Below, one piece after another: positions 9,421 to 18,823 of a stretch of DNA of 64,000 bases. This stretch comes from an uncultured Arcobacter sp. (GTDB taxonomy: Bacteria; Campylobacterota; Campylobacteria; Campylobacterales; Arcobacteraceae), in assembly GCA_965140705.1 (NCBI GenBank), contig OZ223300.1, positions 1,600,001-1,664,000 on the forward strand, read 5' to 3'. A program made the position numbers and the translations under genes. The notes beneath the pieces are model-generated. The model saw only the letters and a program-made list of their open reading frames with translations, was not told the origin of the DNA and did not search any database. Each line of letters opens with the position of its first letter. Within the stretch, counting starts at the first letter, position 1.

Positions 9421-10328
9421 TTTCTATCCCCTTTTTTAGTTTTTCTATCAATTAAATCTACTATCAAATCTATTTTTTTATCGTTAAAGTCTAAGCCCAT
9501 CTTTTCTTGTTCTGGTGTTGCAAAAGCAGGTATCCCATTCACTTCTAAAACAAGAAATTCTTCTTTTTTTCTATCATAAATTATATCAACACCTGCAATA
9601 TCAAGCCCTGTGATTTTAGTTGCTTTTAGTGCCAAATTGATTACATCATCGTTTGGTTCCCTTAAAAACACACTTCCACCACTTGTAACGTTTGTTCTCC
9701 AGTCATTTCCTCCTGCTTTCCTACCGTAACATCCTACAAATTGTCCATCAACAATATCAATTCTATAATCAGTATTATCATAATCAATAAATTTTTCAAC
9801 ATAAAAATATCTTAAATCCATTTGATTTAAAAAAGGAATAAGCATATCTAAGGTCTCTTCATTTTCTATTTTAGTAAGACCAACTCCACCCCAACCATCA
9901 GTTGGTTTATAGACCATTTTTGACCATTTCTTCATAATAGTATTTAAGTGATGAGTATCATCCCTATGACAAAGTTTATAATCTGCAGTTTTTACACCAT
10001 TTGCCCTTAGTAAAAATGATGTATGAAACTTATCTTCTGTTAATTCAAAAGAATCATAATTATTAATCATAGGAATAACTCTATTTAAAGCCTTATATAA
10101 ATACATTTGATATTGAGTTTGTTCCCCTGCATTATATGAAAAAAACAAGTCAAGTTTATCTAATTTCATTTTATCATAAATAATATGACCATTTTTTGCA
10201 ATAGCATTTCGTAAATTTAAATTAGGAATTGTTTCAATATTTCTCTCTTTTAATTTTTCTATTATTTTTGTTTCTATAACATCTCCACCACCATTTTGAT
10301 AAAGCCACATACCTATCTTTCTATCCAT
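9417..10328 (-). CDS. RimK/LysX-family ATP-grasp peptide ligase
   Basis: EDKF, VYKPTDGWGGVG, DYRI, WRTNVTSGG, AGVDII, VLEVNGIP. Confidence 0.9.
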   Translation of the reverse strand: MDRKIGMWLYQNGGGDVIETKIIEKLKERNIETIPNLNLRNAIAKNGHIIYDKMKLDKLDLFFSYNAGEQTQYQMYLYKALNRVIPMINNYDSFELTEDKFHTSFLLRANGVKTADYKLCHRDDTHHLNTIMKKWSKMVYKPTDGWGGVGLTKIENEETLDMLIPFLNQMDLRYFYVEKFIDYDNTDYRIDIVDGQFVGCYGRKAGGNDWRTNVTSGGSVFLREPNDDVINLALKATKITGLDIAGVDIIYDRKKEEFLVLEVNGIPAFATPEQEKMGLDFNDKKIDLIVDLIDRKTKKGDRK

Positions 10329-10339
10329 AATAATTCCTT

Positions 10340-11434
10340 TTAATCATTATTTTGAAAATGAGCTAAAATTTTAGTCATTAAATCAATTCTAGTTTGAAAA
10401 CTACTTTTCAAGGCTCTTTCTTTTACTGTATGATCACCATCCCCAAATGGACCAAACCCATCTAAGGTTGTAACTCCACAGGAGGCAACAATATTTGCAT
10501 CACTTACACCACCTCTTTTTTCAGTTAACATTTTACTATTGGTGATTTTTTCTATTTGAGAGATTAAATCTAATTGATTAGGATTTTCTTGCATAACATC
10601 TCTTTGGATTGAACCTGTTAAGGTAGATATGGTGCCCTTTACATAGGATTTATTTACTATTTTATCTATGCCGTTTAAAACTCTTTGTTTTTCATCATTT
10701 GAGGTGTATCTTATTTCTAAAGTAATTTCACATTTAGGGGATATTGTATTTGCTCCAATTCCACCATTAATCTTTCCAACATTTACAGTAGTTTCTAAAT
10801 CAAGGTTTGTTAATTTAACTAAATCCTGTAATTTAAAACTAGCTTCTAAATTAGAATCAATACCTTTATCATAATGATTTCCAGCATGACTAGCTTTTCC
10901 CTCAATTGTTATTGTAAAAGTTCCTACTCCTTTTCTTTGAGTAACAACTTCCATATTTTCACCAGCTGCTTCAAAAACGAAACATATATCATAGTTTTTT
11001 GCAATACTTAAAGTTACAAGTTTAGAATCATCACTTCCTGATTCTTCATCTGAAACAAGTAAAAAATCTACATTAAAAATCTCTTTATTTGTAATAAAAA
11101 TATTTCTAAGGGCTTGTAAAGCGACAATATTTCCACCTTTCATATCACAAGCACCTGGTCCATAAATCCACTCTTCATCCTCACTTACAGTCTCAAAACT
11201 GTTAGGGGGAAATACTGTATCATTATGTCCTAAAAGTAAAATTTTTGTACCATTTTTTTTCTTTGATGAAAAAAGTAAGTGATCACCTATTAATTCACGA
11301 GAGTAACTATTTTTTTGAAAGCCTAAATCTTCCAGCCATGTTGACATGAGTTTACCAACTTTATCAACGCCATCTTTATTTTTTGTATAAGAGTTTACAC
11401 TCATTATAGTAATCAAATCGCTTAAATAGTTCAT
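10340..11434 (-). CDS. M20 family metallopeptidase (glutamate carboxypeptidase-like)
   Basis: LLGHNDTVF, GPGACDMKGG, SDEESGS, GGVSDAN, DHT. Confidence 0.92.
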   Translation of the reverse strand: MNYLSDLITIMSVNSYTKNKDGVDKVGKLMSTWLEDLGFQKNSYSRELIGDHLLFSSKKKNGTKILLLGHNDTVFPPNSFETVSEDEEWIYGPGACDMKGGNIVALQALRNIFITNKEIFNVDFLLVSDEESGSDDSKLVTLSIAKNYDICFVFEAAGENMEVVTQRKGVGTFTITIEGKASHAGNHYDKGIDSNLEASFKLQDLVKLTNLDLETTVNVGKINGGIGANTISPKCEITLEIRYTSNDEKQRVLNGIDKIVNKSYVKGTISTLTGSIQRDVMQENPNQLDLISQIEKITNSKMLTEKRGGVSDANIVASCGVTTLDGFGPFGDGDHTVKERALKSSFQTRIDLMTKILAHFQNND

Positions 11435-11608
11435 ATTCTTCCATATCCTTAATGTAGATAATCTTATTGTAAGATAGTAGCATTTTAATTACAAATAATC
11501 TAAAATTAAACTATTTTAATAGAAAATCATAATCTTAAAGTTATATATTAATTTTTCTATAATTAATAATATAGATGATAGCATAGAATATGTATTTGGG
11601 AATAAGAG

Positions 11609-11631
11609 AGGTGGTTATTTTTTAACCACCT
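11609..11631 (-). terminator. Hairpin immediately downstream of argG
   Basis: AGGTGGTTA-ttttt-TAACCACCT; weak U tract. Confidence 0.55.
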
Positions 11632-11634
11632 TAT

Positions 11635-12876
11635 TTAATTATTTTTTTTCTTTTGACCTGCAATAATAAATCTAAGAGCATTAAGTCTAATGAAACCTTC
11701 TGCATCTTTTTGATTATATACTTCGTCTTCTTCAAATGTAGAGTGAGCTTCTGAATATAAAGAGTTAACAGACTCTCTTCCTACAACCATAACATTACCT
11801 TTGTAAAGTTTTAATCTTACAGTACCTTCAACATTTACCTGAGTTGCATCAATTGCAGCTTGAAGCATTTCTCTCTCTGGAGAGAACCAATATCCTTGAT
11901 AGATTAGTTTAGCATACTTTGGCATCATTTCATCTTTTAAGTGGGCAGCTTCTCTATCTAAACATATAGACTCTATTGCTCTATGTGCTTTAAGCATGAT
12001 TGTTCCACCTGGAGTTTCATAACATCCTCTTGCTTTCATACCAACATATCTATTTTCAACAATATCAACTCTTCCAATACCATGTTTGTTTCCATAGTCA
12101 TTTAATTTTTTAAGTAATGTTGCAGGAGATAACTCTTCACCATTAATTGATATAGGGTCACCATTTTTATATCCAATAGTGATGTATTCAGCTTCATCTG
12201 GAGCTTTTTCAGGTGATGTTGTCCATAACCACATTGATTCTTCTGGCTCATTATTTGGATTTTCTAAATGTAGACCTTCATATGAGATATGTAAAAGATT
12301 TGCATCCATAGAATATGGGCTAATAGCTGGGTTTCCATCTTTATCAAGATGTTTTTTGTCTATTTCAATTCCATTTTTTTTAGCATAAGCTAATAATTTT
12401 TCTCTTGAATTTAAATCCCATTCTCTCCAAGGAGCAATAACAGTAATCTCTGAATCAAGTCCTAAATAACCTAATTCAAATCTAACTTGGTCATTTCCTT
12501 TTCCAGTAGCACCATGAGAAACAGCATCTGCACCCATTTTATGTGCAATTTCAATTTGTTTTTTAGCAATAAGTGGTCTTGCAATTGAAGTACCTAATAG
12601 ATATTCTCCTTCATAAATAGCATTTGCTCTAAACATAGGGAATACATAATCTTTAACAAATTCTTCTTTGATATCTAGTATAAATATATTTTCAGGCTTA
12701 ATTCCACAAGCTAAAGCTTTTGTTCTAGCTGGTTCAACTTCTTCACCTTGACCTAAATCAGCTGTGAAAGTTATAACTTCTGCATTATATTCATCTTGAA
12801 GCCATTTTAATATTGTAGATGTATCAAGTCCACCACTATAGGCTAATACTACTTTTTTTACTTCTTTTTTACTCAT
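11635..12876 (-). CDS. argG: Argininosuccinate synthase
   Basis: [40 protein letters not shown]. Confidence 0.98.
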   Translation of the reverse strand: MSKKEVKKVVLAYSGGLDTSTILKWLQDEYNAEVITFTADLGQGEEVEPARTKALACGIKPENIFILDIKEEFVKDYVFPMFRANAIYEGEYLLGTSIARPLIAKKQIEIAHKMGADAVSHGATGKGNDQVRFELGYLGLDSEITVIAPWREWDLNSREKLLAYAKKNGIEIDKKHLDKDGNPAISPYSMDANLLHISYEGLHLENPNNEPEESMWLWTTSPEKAPDEAEYITIGYKNGDPISINGEELSPATLLKKLNDYGNKHGIGRVDIVENRYVGMKARGCYETPGGTIMLKAHRAIESICLDREAAHLKDEMMPKYAKLIYQGYWFSPEREMLQAAIDATQVNVEGTVRLKLYKGNVMVVGRESVNSLYSEAHSTFEEDEVYNQKDAEGFIRLNALRFIIAGQKKKNN

Positions 12877-12943
12877 TTATTATATCCTATATCATAGTAA
12901 TTTTAAGGAGTTATTTTATCTTATCTTAGCTATAATCTTGTTT

Positions 12944-13207
12944 ATGAGAATAGATAAATTTTTAAACGCAGTTAATATTACAAAAAGAAGAGCAGTTGCT
13001 GAAGATATGCTTGAGCATAAAGTAGTTCATATAAATGGAATGCCCGTAAAAAAAGCAAAAGAAGTTAAGGTTGGAGATTTAATTGAAATAAGATACTTAG
13101 AATATACAGAAGAGTATAAAGTACTACAAATTCCACAAACAAAATCAACTCCAAAATCAAAACAAGCAGAATATATAGAAAAATTAAAAGGAAAAGATGA
13201 TGTTTAG
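12944..13207 (+). CDS. RNA-binding S4 domain protein (RqcP/YabO/Hsp15-like)
   Basis: MRIDKFL..KRR..INGMPVKKAKEVKVGD; ATG at 12944 preferred over TTG at 12938. Confidence 0.88.
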   Translation: MRIDKFLNAVNITKRRAVAEDMLEHKVVHINGMPVKKAKEVKVGDLIEIRYLEYTEEYKVLQIPQTKSTPKSKQAEYIEKLKGKDDV

Positions 13208-14183
13208 TGCAGATAAACTAAAATTTGATGATATTTTTGAAAATAGACTTCCTGTTGAAGAAGTAAGAGAGTATTTAATCAAATTATATGAAGATGGGGA
13301 AACAGCTGAACAAATAGCAGCTGCAGCTGATGCTATGAGAGATCATCTTATTCCTTTACCAGTTGATTATTCCTTAAAAGATGAATTAATTGACAATTGT
13401 GGAACTGGTGGAGATAAATCAAATAGTTTTAATATCTCAACAACTGTATCCTTACTACTTGTTGCTTGTGGTTCAAAAGTGGCAAAACATGGTAATAGAA
13501 GTATTACAAGTAAATCTGGTAGTGCTGATATGTTGGAAGAACTTGGGATAAATTTAAATTTGAGTATTGAAAATCAAGTTAAAATGCTTGAAAATACTGG
13601 TTTTGTATTTATGTTTGCTCAAAACCATCATCCTTCTATGAAAAATATTATGCCTGTACGAAAATCAATACCACATAGAACAATTTTTAATATTTTAGGG
13701 CCTTTAAGTAATCCAGCAACAGTATCAAAACAATTAATTGGTGTTTTTAGTGATGAGTATATTCATAGAATGATTACAGCATTAAGTTTATTGGACACAA
13801 AAAGAGCTATGGTAGTTAGTTCAAAAGATGGAATGGATGAAATTTCAATTAGTGATGTAACTTACGCAACAACATTAATTGACCAAAGAACAAGTGACTT
13901 TATAATTGACCCTAGAGATTTTGGCTTAGGCATGTATTCAAAAGATGATATTTTAGGTGGAGATGCAAAAGAAAATGCTCAAATCACAAGAGATATCCTA
14001 GAGGGTAAAATAAGTGGTGCAAAACTTGATATTGTATTGCTTAATGCTGGAGCTGCACTATTTATTGATGATAGGGCAAAAGATATAAAAGAGGGTATTG
14101 AAATAGCAAGAGAAGTCATAAAATCTGGAAAAGCAAAAGAAAAACTTGATCAAATCATTAATTTTTCTAAAAGTATGAAATAG
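13197..14183 (+). CDS. trpD: Anthranilate phosphoribosyltransferase
   Basis: DNCGTGGD, NIST, AKHGNRSITSKSGSAD, RTIFNILGPLSNP, GMDEIS. Confidence 0.97.
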   Translation: MMFSADKLKFDDIFENRLPVEEVREYLIKLYEDGETAEQIAAAADAMRDHLIPLPVDYSLKDELIDNCGTGGDKSNSFNISTTVSLLLVACGSKVAKHGNRSITSKSGSADMLEELGINLNLSIENQVKMLENTGFVFMFAQNHHPSMKNIMPVRKSIPHRTIFNILGPLSNPATVSKQLIGVFSDEYIHRMITALSLLDTKRAMVVSSKDGMDEISISDVTYATTLIDQRTSDFIIDPRDFGLGMYSKDDILGGDAKENAQITRDILEGKISGAKLDIVLLNAGAALFIDDRAKDIKEGIEIAREVIKSGKAKEKLDQIINFSKSMK

Positions 14184-14190
14184 GGTAGTT

Positions 14191-14610
14191 TTGGAAAAAA
14201 TAGAATTAATCTTAGAAGAGAATGATTTAATTAAACTAATTAATAAATTAGATAAAATAATTAATAAAAAAGAGTCAATTGTTTTATTAAGAGGTGATTT
14301 AGCAAGTGGTAAGACTACTTTAGTTAAAAACTATGTAAAGTTTTTGAAAATTGATGATTTAGTTACATCACCAACTTTTTCAATACAAACAATTTATGGT
14401 AATAATATTTACCATTATGATGTTTATAATAAAACTCTAGAAGAGTTTATCTCTTTAGGCTTATTAGAAGAGTTTGAAAAAGAGGGTATTCATTTTGTAG
14501 AGTGGGGAGATGATAGATTAAATGAACTTCTTAACTCTTATGGTTTCCATACTATTAAAATAGATATTGAAAAATTAGAAAATAAAAGGCGATATATAAT
14601 TAATGCATAA
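14191..14610 (+). CDS. tsaE: tRNA threonylcarbamoyladenosine biosynthesis ATPase
   Basis: LRGDLASGKTT, VTSPTF, HYDVY, VEW. Confidence 0.93.
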   Translation: MEKIELILEENDLIKLINKLDKIINKKESIVLLRGDLASGKTTLVKNYVKFLKIDDLVTSPTFSIQTIYGNNIYHYDVYNKTLEEFISLGLLEEFEKEGIHFVEWGDDRLNELLNSYGFHTIKIDIEKLENKRRYIINA

Positions 14611-15325
14611 ATTAAGAATAGAAAATATAACTAAAAACATTAAAAAAACTCAAATTTTACATGGTATTTCACTTGAAGTTAAATCTGGAGAAATAGTTGG
14701 TTTATTAGGACCAAATGGAGCAGGAAAAACTACAACTTTTTATACAGTTTGTGGACTTGTAAAACCAAGCTCTGGTAAAGTTTTTTTAGATGAAACAGAT
14801 ATTACTACTTTGCCATTGCATAAAAGGGCATTAAAAGGTATAGGTTATTTGCCACAAGAGTCCTCTATTTTTAAAGATTTAAGTGTAGAAGATAACTTAA
14901 TGCTTGCTGCTCAAATTGTTACAAAGGATAAAAAAGAACAATTTAAAAGAGTAGAAGAACTACTTGAAGTTTTTAATATCGAACCAATTAGACAAAGAAA
15001 AGGTGTATCTTTATCAGGGGGTGAAAGAAGAAGAACAGAAATAGCAAGAGCATTAGTATCAAAACCTGTTTTTCTATTACTTGATGAACCTTTTGCTGGA
15101 GTTGACCCAATTGCAGTTAAAGATATTCAAGAAATTATCAATCAATTAACAATTAGAGGAATCGGTGTATTAATTACTGATCATAATGTAAGAGAGACCC
15201 TCCAAATATGTGATAGAGCCTACGTTATGAAAAGTGGTACACTTTTAGCTGCTGGTAATAGTGATGAGATTAGAAATGATGTAAGTGTAAGAGAACACTA
15301 TTTAGGAGAAAGTTTTACTTTTTAG
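14603..15325 (+). CDS. lptB: LPS export ABC transporter ATPase
   Basis: GPNGAGKTT, GYLPQESSIF, LSGGERRR, LLDEPFAGVDP, ITDHNVRETL. Confidence 0.96.
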   Translation: MHKLRIENITKNIKKTQILHGISLEVKSGEIVGLLGPNGAGKTTTFYTVCGLVKPSSGKVFLDETDITTLPLHKRALKGIGYLPQESSIFKDLSVEDNLMLAAQIVTKDKKEQFKRVEELLEVFNIEPIRQRKGVSLSGGERRRTEIARALVSKPVFLLLDEPFAGVDPIAVKDIQEIINQLTIRGIGVLITDHNVRETLQICDRAYVMKSGTLLAAGNSDEIRNDVSVREHYLGESFTF

Positions 15326-16569
15326 AAGTAAACAACTCTCTCTTCATCACTTTTAAGTGCTTTATTTAAAGCTGAAGTTACTCTTTGCAAAATAAGATCT
15401 TCATTATCATCATTTTTCAATTCAACTACTCCAAAACAACTATATTGAGAAAGCTTTTTATTTGAAAGCATAGTATTTAGGATATTTTCAAGTTTATAAG
15501 ATACATTTAATGCCCCATCTAAATCAGTTTCTGGAAGTAAAACTAAAAAAGATGATTTTTCTACTTTAAAACAAATATCATGTTCTCTTATATTATTTTT
15601 AATTAACTCACTAATATCATTTAAAAAATCTTCATATGAAATGATTTTTTCATCTATGTTTTGTACGCTTAATTTTATTAGAGATAAATCTTTTCTATAT
15701 CTTCTAACTCTTTTTGATTCAATTGAAAATATTTTGTGAAATTTATTTAGATTATATAAACCTGTTATTAAATCATGATTATATTTATATTCAAATAGAT
15801 TTGATTTCTCATTTAAATTTGTAATATCAAATAAAGAGACTAGAAAATATCTCTTTTCTTTTTCTATTTTTGTAACATTTAATTTAAAAGTTCTAGTAAC
15901 ATCAACTACTTTTACTTTTATTAAAACATTTTCATTCTCTAAATTAGCTATAAACTCATACCAAGGAGTAGTTTTTAGCTCTTCTTTCGTAGAAAATTGT
16001 TCTTTGTCTAATAATATTTTTTCTAAATTTATATCAAATACTTTGAAATTTTTTGAAAATATATCATTTTGTGCAACTATTACTCCATCTTCTATAACAG
16101 CTACCAAACTATCTTGTTTATTTAGTAACTCAATAATAGAATCATCAAAATTATAGTTACTATTATGTATTATATTTTTTAAAAATTTATGTTCTAAACA
16201 TTTTGTAATATTTTTTATTAGTTCATATAAGTCTAAAGGTTTTAAACAATATGAATTAATACCTAATTCAATAGATTTTTTATAAAAACTAGAATCAGTA
16301 TGTGCTGTTGTTACGATACTAGGTATATTTGAATTAATTTCATTAATTCTTTTTATCATCTCTAAACCATTCATTTTAGGCATATTAATATCAGCAATAA
16401 TTAAATCTATATTAGAATTATTTTTAAATGCTTCAAGCCCTTCTTCTCCATTATTAGAGACAATTAAATTACCTACAATAGCATTTAAAATATTAGAAGT
16501 AAAATTTCTAATTTCTTCTTGATCTTCCACATAAAGTATGTTTAGTTGTTTAAAAAAATCTTTATTCAT
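15322..16569 (-). CDS. Response regulator with degenerate GGDEF domain
   Basis: REC: YVED, DINMPKMNG, LKP; GGDEF-fold start DLITGLYN, but the signature position reads EKSSF. Confidence 0.85.
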   Translation of the reverse strand: MNKDFFKQLNILYVEDQEEIRNFTSNILNAIVGNLIVSNNGEEGLEAFKNNSNIDLIIADINMPKMNGLEMIKRINEINSNIPSIVTTAHTDSSFYKKSIELGINSYCLKPLDLYELIKNITKCLEHKFLKNIIHNSNYNFDDSIIELLNKQDSLVAVIEDGVIVAQNDIFSKNFKVFDINLEKILLDKEQFSTKEELKTTPWYEFIANLENENVLIKVKVVDVTRTFKLNVTKIEKEKRYFLVSLFDITNLNEKSNLFEYKYNHDLITGLYNLNKFHKIFSIESKRVRRYRKDLSLIKLSVQNIDEKIISYEDFLNDISELIKNNIREHDICFKVEKSSFLVLLPETDLDGALNVSYKLENILNTMLSNKKLSQYSCFGVVELKNDDNEDLILQRVTSALNKALKSDEERVVYF

Positions 16570-16609
16570 AATACCTTCTATCTTTTTTAAAATTCTTTTT
16601 GAAAATTAA

Positions 16610-17335
16610 TTATTTTGCAAAAAAATTAAGTGCATTTTTCAAATCTTCTTCCGTATCGATACCAAATGATTTAGACTCCACTTCAACCATCGCAATTTTC
16701 TTTTCATGATAGATTGCTCTTAATTGTTCAAGTTTTTCTATACTTTCAGTTTGTGCTACTGGAAGTTTACAAAACTCATCTAAACTTTTTACTGTAAAAC
16801 CATAAATTCCTAAATGTCCATTATAAGTAGCATTTTCATAGTGATCTCTATGATATGGAATTTTGCTTCTAGAAAAATATGTGGCATTACCTTTATCATT
16901 TAATAATACTTTTACATGATTTGGATCATCTGCCAATTGTGAAGATATCTTTTTATGGCAAGAGACAATCATAATATCTTCTTTGTTATCTCTAACTTCT
17001 TTCACTCTATTAATAACAGCTTCTATAACATCAACTTCAATGAAAGGTTCATCTGCTTGTACATTAATAACAATATCATCTTCTTTTAAATTTAGCTTTT
17101 TTGCTGCTTCATTTATTCTATCTGTTCCGCTTTGATGTTCACTTGAAGTCATAATAGCATTTATTCCATGTTCTTTTGCTAATGCAATAACATCAAAAGA
17201 ATCTGTAGCAATTGTTACATCATCTAAACTGCTTACTTGTTTTGCAGTTCTTATAACCATTGGTAAACCAAGTATATCAACTAAAATTTTATTTTGAAAT
17301 CTACTAGAATTTAATCTTGCAGGTATAATTATCAT
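16610..17335 (-). CDS. kdsB: 3-deoxy-manno-octulosonate cytidylyltransferase
   Basis: IIPARLNSSRF, HQSGTDRI, NVQADEP, YFSR, EKLEQLRA. Confidence 0.97.
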   Translation of the reverse strand: MIIIPARLNSSRFQNKILVDILGLPMVIRTAKQVSSLDDVTIATDSFDVIALAKEHGINAIMTSSEHQSGTDRINEAAKKLNLKEDDIVINVQADEPFIEVDVIEAVINRVKEVRDNKEDIMIVSCHKKISSQLADDPNHVKVLLNDKGNATYFSRSKIPYHRDHYENATYNGHLGIYGFTVKSLDEFCKLPVAQTESIEKLEQLRAIYHEKKIAMVEVESKSFGIDTEEDLKNALNFFAK

Positions 17336-17347
17336 ATTTTGTTTCCT

Positions 17348-18751
17348 TTAAATTATTATAGGTAATTTTATTTTAATAGTTGTTTCATTTGAGCTTGAAA
17401 TAACTTTTATTGTGCCTTTTAAATGCATTTCAATAATACTTTTTACAATATATAAGCCTAATCCTACACCATGTTTTTCTTCTTTTGTCGAAAAATAAGG
17501 TTCAAATATTTTTAAAATTTTTTCTTTTTCTATTCCTCCAGCATTATCATGAAAATACAATTCAATAAAATCATTTATTTTTTTCACCTCAATTACTATT
17601 TTTTTATTCTCTGTTATCATATTTTTTTGCATTGCTTCAATAGAATTTTGAACAAGATTATTAAATATAGTTACTAATCTATCTTGATAGGTTTCTAATA
17701 CCAAATTATCATCACAAATTATTTCAAAATCAACAACTCTTTTATATGGTTTGATTAGAGTTTCAAATAAATTTCTTAATCTCACTATCTCTTTTTGACC
17801 TTCAAACTCTATTAAAGATTTAAACTCTTCAATTGTATTTGATAAAGTTTTTGTATTTTCTATTATCTTATTTAAGCCTTCATGAAAAGGACTTGTATCC
17901 TCTATATCAAGAGATAATTTTTGTGCAATTATTGAAATAGTATTTAATGGTTGTCTCCACTCATGGGAAATTGTTTTTATAGTTTCTGTCATAATATTTA
18001 ATTTATTATCTTGAACTAATAATTTTTCAGATTGTTCTAAAGTATGGGTGATATCAAACATAAGAGCTGTAAATCCAGTAATATCCCCATATTTATTATA
18101 AATTGGTTTTATTTTAATATCTACCCAAAAAATGTCATTATTTTTTTTAACATTTTTAATTTTTCCTGTCCACTCTTTACCATTTTTTATACTATTCCAC
18201 AAATCTTGAAAAAGTTCTTTAGGTGAATCTTCATGCTGAATCACGGCATGTGATCTTCCGAGTAGTTCACTTTTTGAATAACCTGTCAATTTACAAAAAG
18301 CATCAGAAACTTCAGTGATAAAACCAAACTTGTCTGTATGACTTGAAATAACATATTCATTTAAAATTTGGTCATCTGAGATTTGTTTTGTAATATCTTT
18401 AGCATTTAATACAAAATACTTTTTATTTAACATAAGAGAAACTGTTACTTTAAGATAAATTGGTTTTTTATCTTTCCTTGTACAAACAAGATTCATGTCT
18501 GTATCATAAGAGTTAATCATATTATTTTTTAAAAGTTGTAAAAATGATATTTTATACTCTTCTTTAACTAAATCAACAAAGGTTAAAGAGAGTAATTCTA
18601 AATTTGTATATCCTAATATTGGACTTAGTGCATCATTTACATATAAGAATTTACTCTTAAAATCAATGATAGCAATTCCATCCCATGAGTTATTAATTAT
18701 TTCTTTTAATTCATAGTTTGTATTTTTCAATTTTTCTAAATCTGAACCCAT
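17348..18751 (-). CDS. Cytoplasmic double-PAS sensor histidine kinase
   Basis: Two PAS domains; H-box ISHEWRQPL; DNAGGI, FEPYFSTK, GVGLGL. Confidence 0.92.
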   Translation of the reverse strand: MGSDLEKLKNTNYELKEIINNSWDGIAIIDFKSKFLYVNDALSPILGYTNLELLSLTFVDLVKEEYKISFLQLLKNNMINSYDTDMNLVCTRKDKKPIYLKVTVSLMLNKKYFVLNAKDITKQISDDQILNEYVISSHTDKFGFITEVSDAFCKLTGYSKSELLGRSHAVIQHEDSPKELFQDLWNSIKNGKEWTGKIKNVKKNNDIFWVDIKIKPIYNKYGDITGFTALMFDITHTLEQSEKLLVQDNKLNIMTETIKTISHEWRQPLNTISIIAQKLSLDIEDTSPFHEGLNKIIENTKTLSNTIEEFKSLIEFEGQKEIVRLRNLFETLIKPYKRVVDFEIICDDNLVLETYQDRLVTIFNNLVQNSIEAMQKNMITENKKIVIEVKKINDFIELYFHDNAGGIEKEKILKIFEPYFSTKEEKHGVGLGLYIVKSIIEMHLKGTIKVISSSNETTIKIKLPIII

Positions 18752-18823
18752 TAAAAACCTAAATAAACTTATTTTTATATCTTTTCATTATAATATAAAA
18801 ACTTTAAAACTAGGGAAAATTTA

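Noticed and set aside
7921..11434. LysW/amino-carrier (LysX/ArgX + LysK) or cyanophycin interpretation of the ATP-grasp operon next to argG
   Set aside because: No LysW-like carrier with EDWGE (the ligase merely ends in KIGE), no kinase/reductase partners and no CphA Mur-ligase domain. A hairpin and 200 bp separate argG from the operon.
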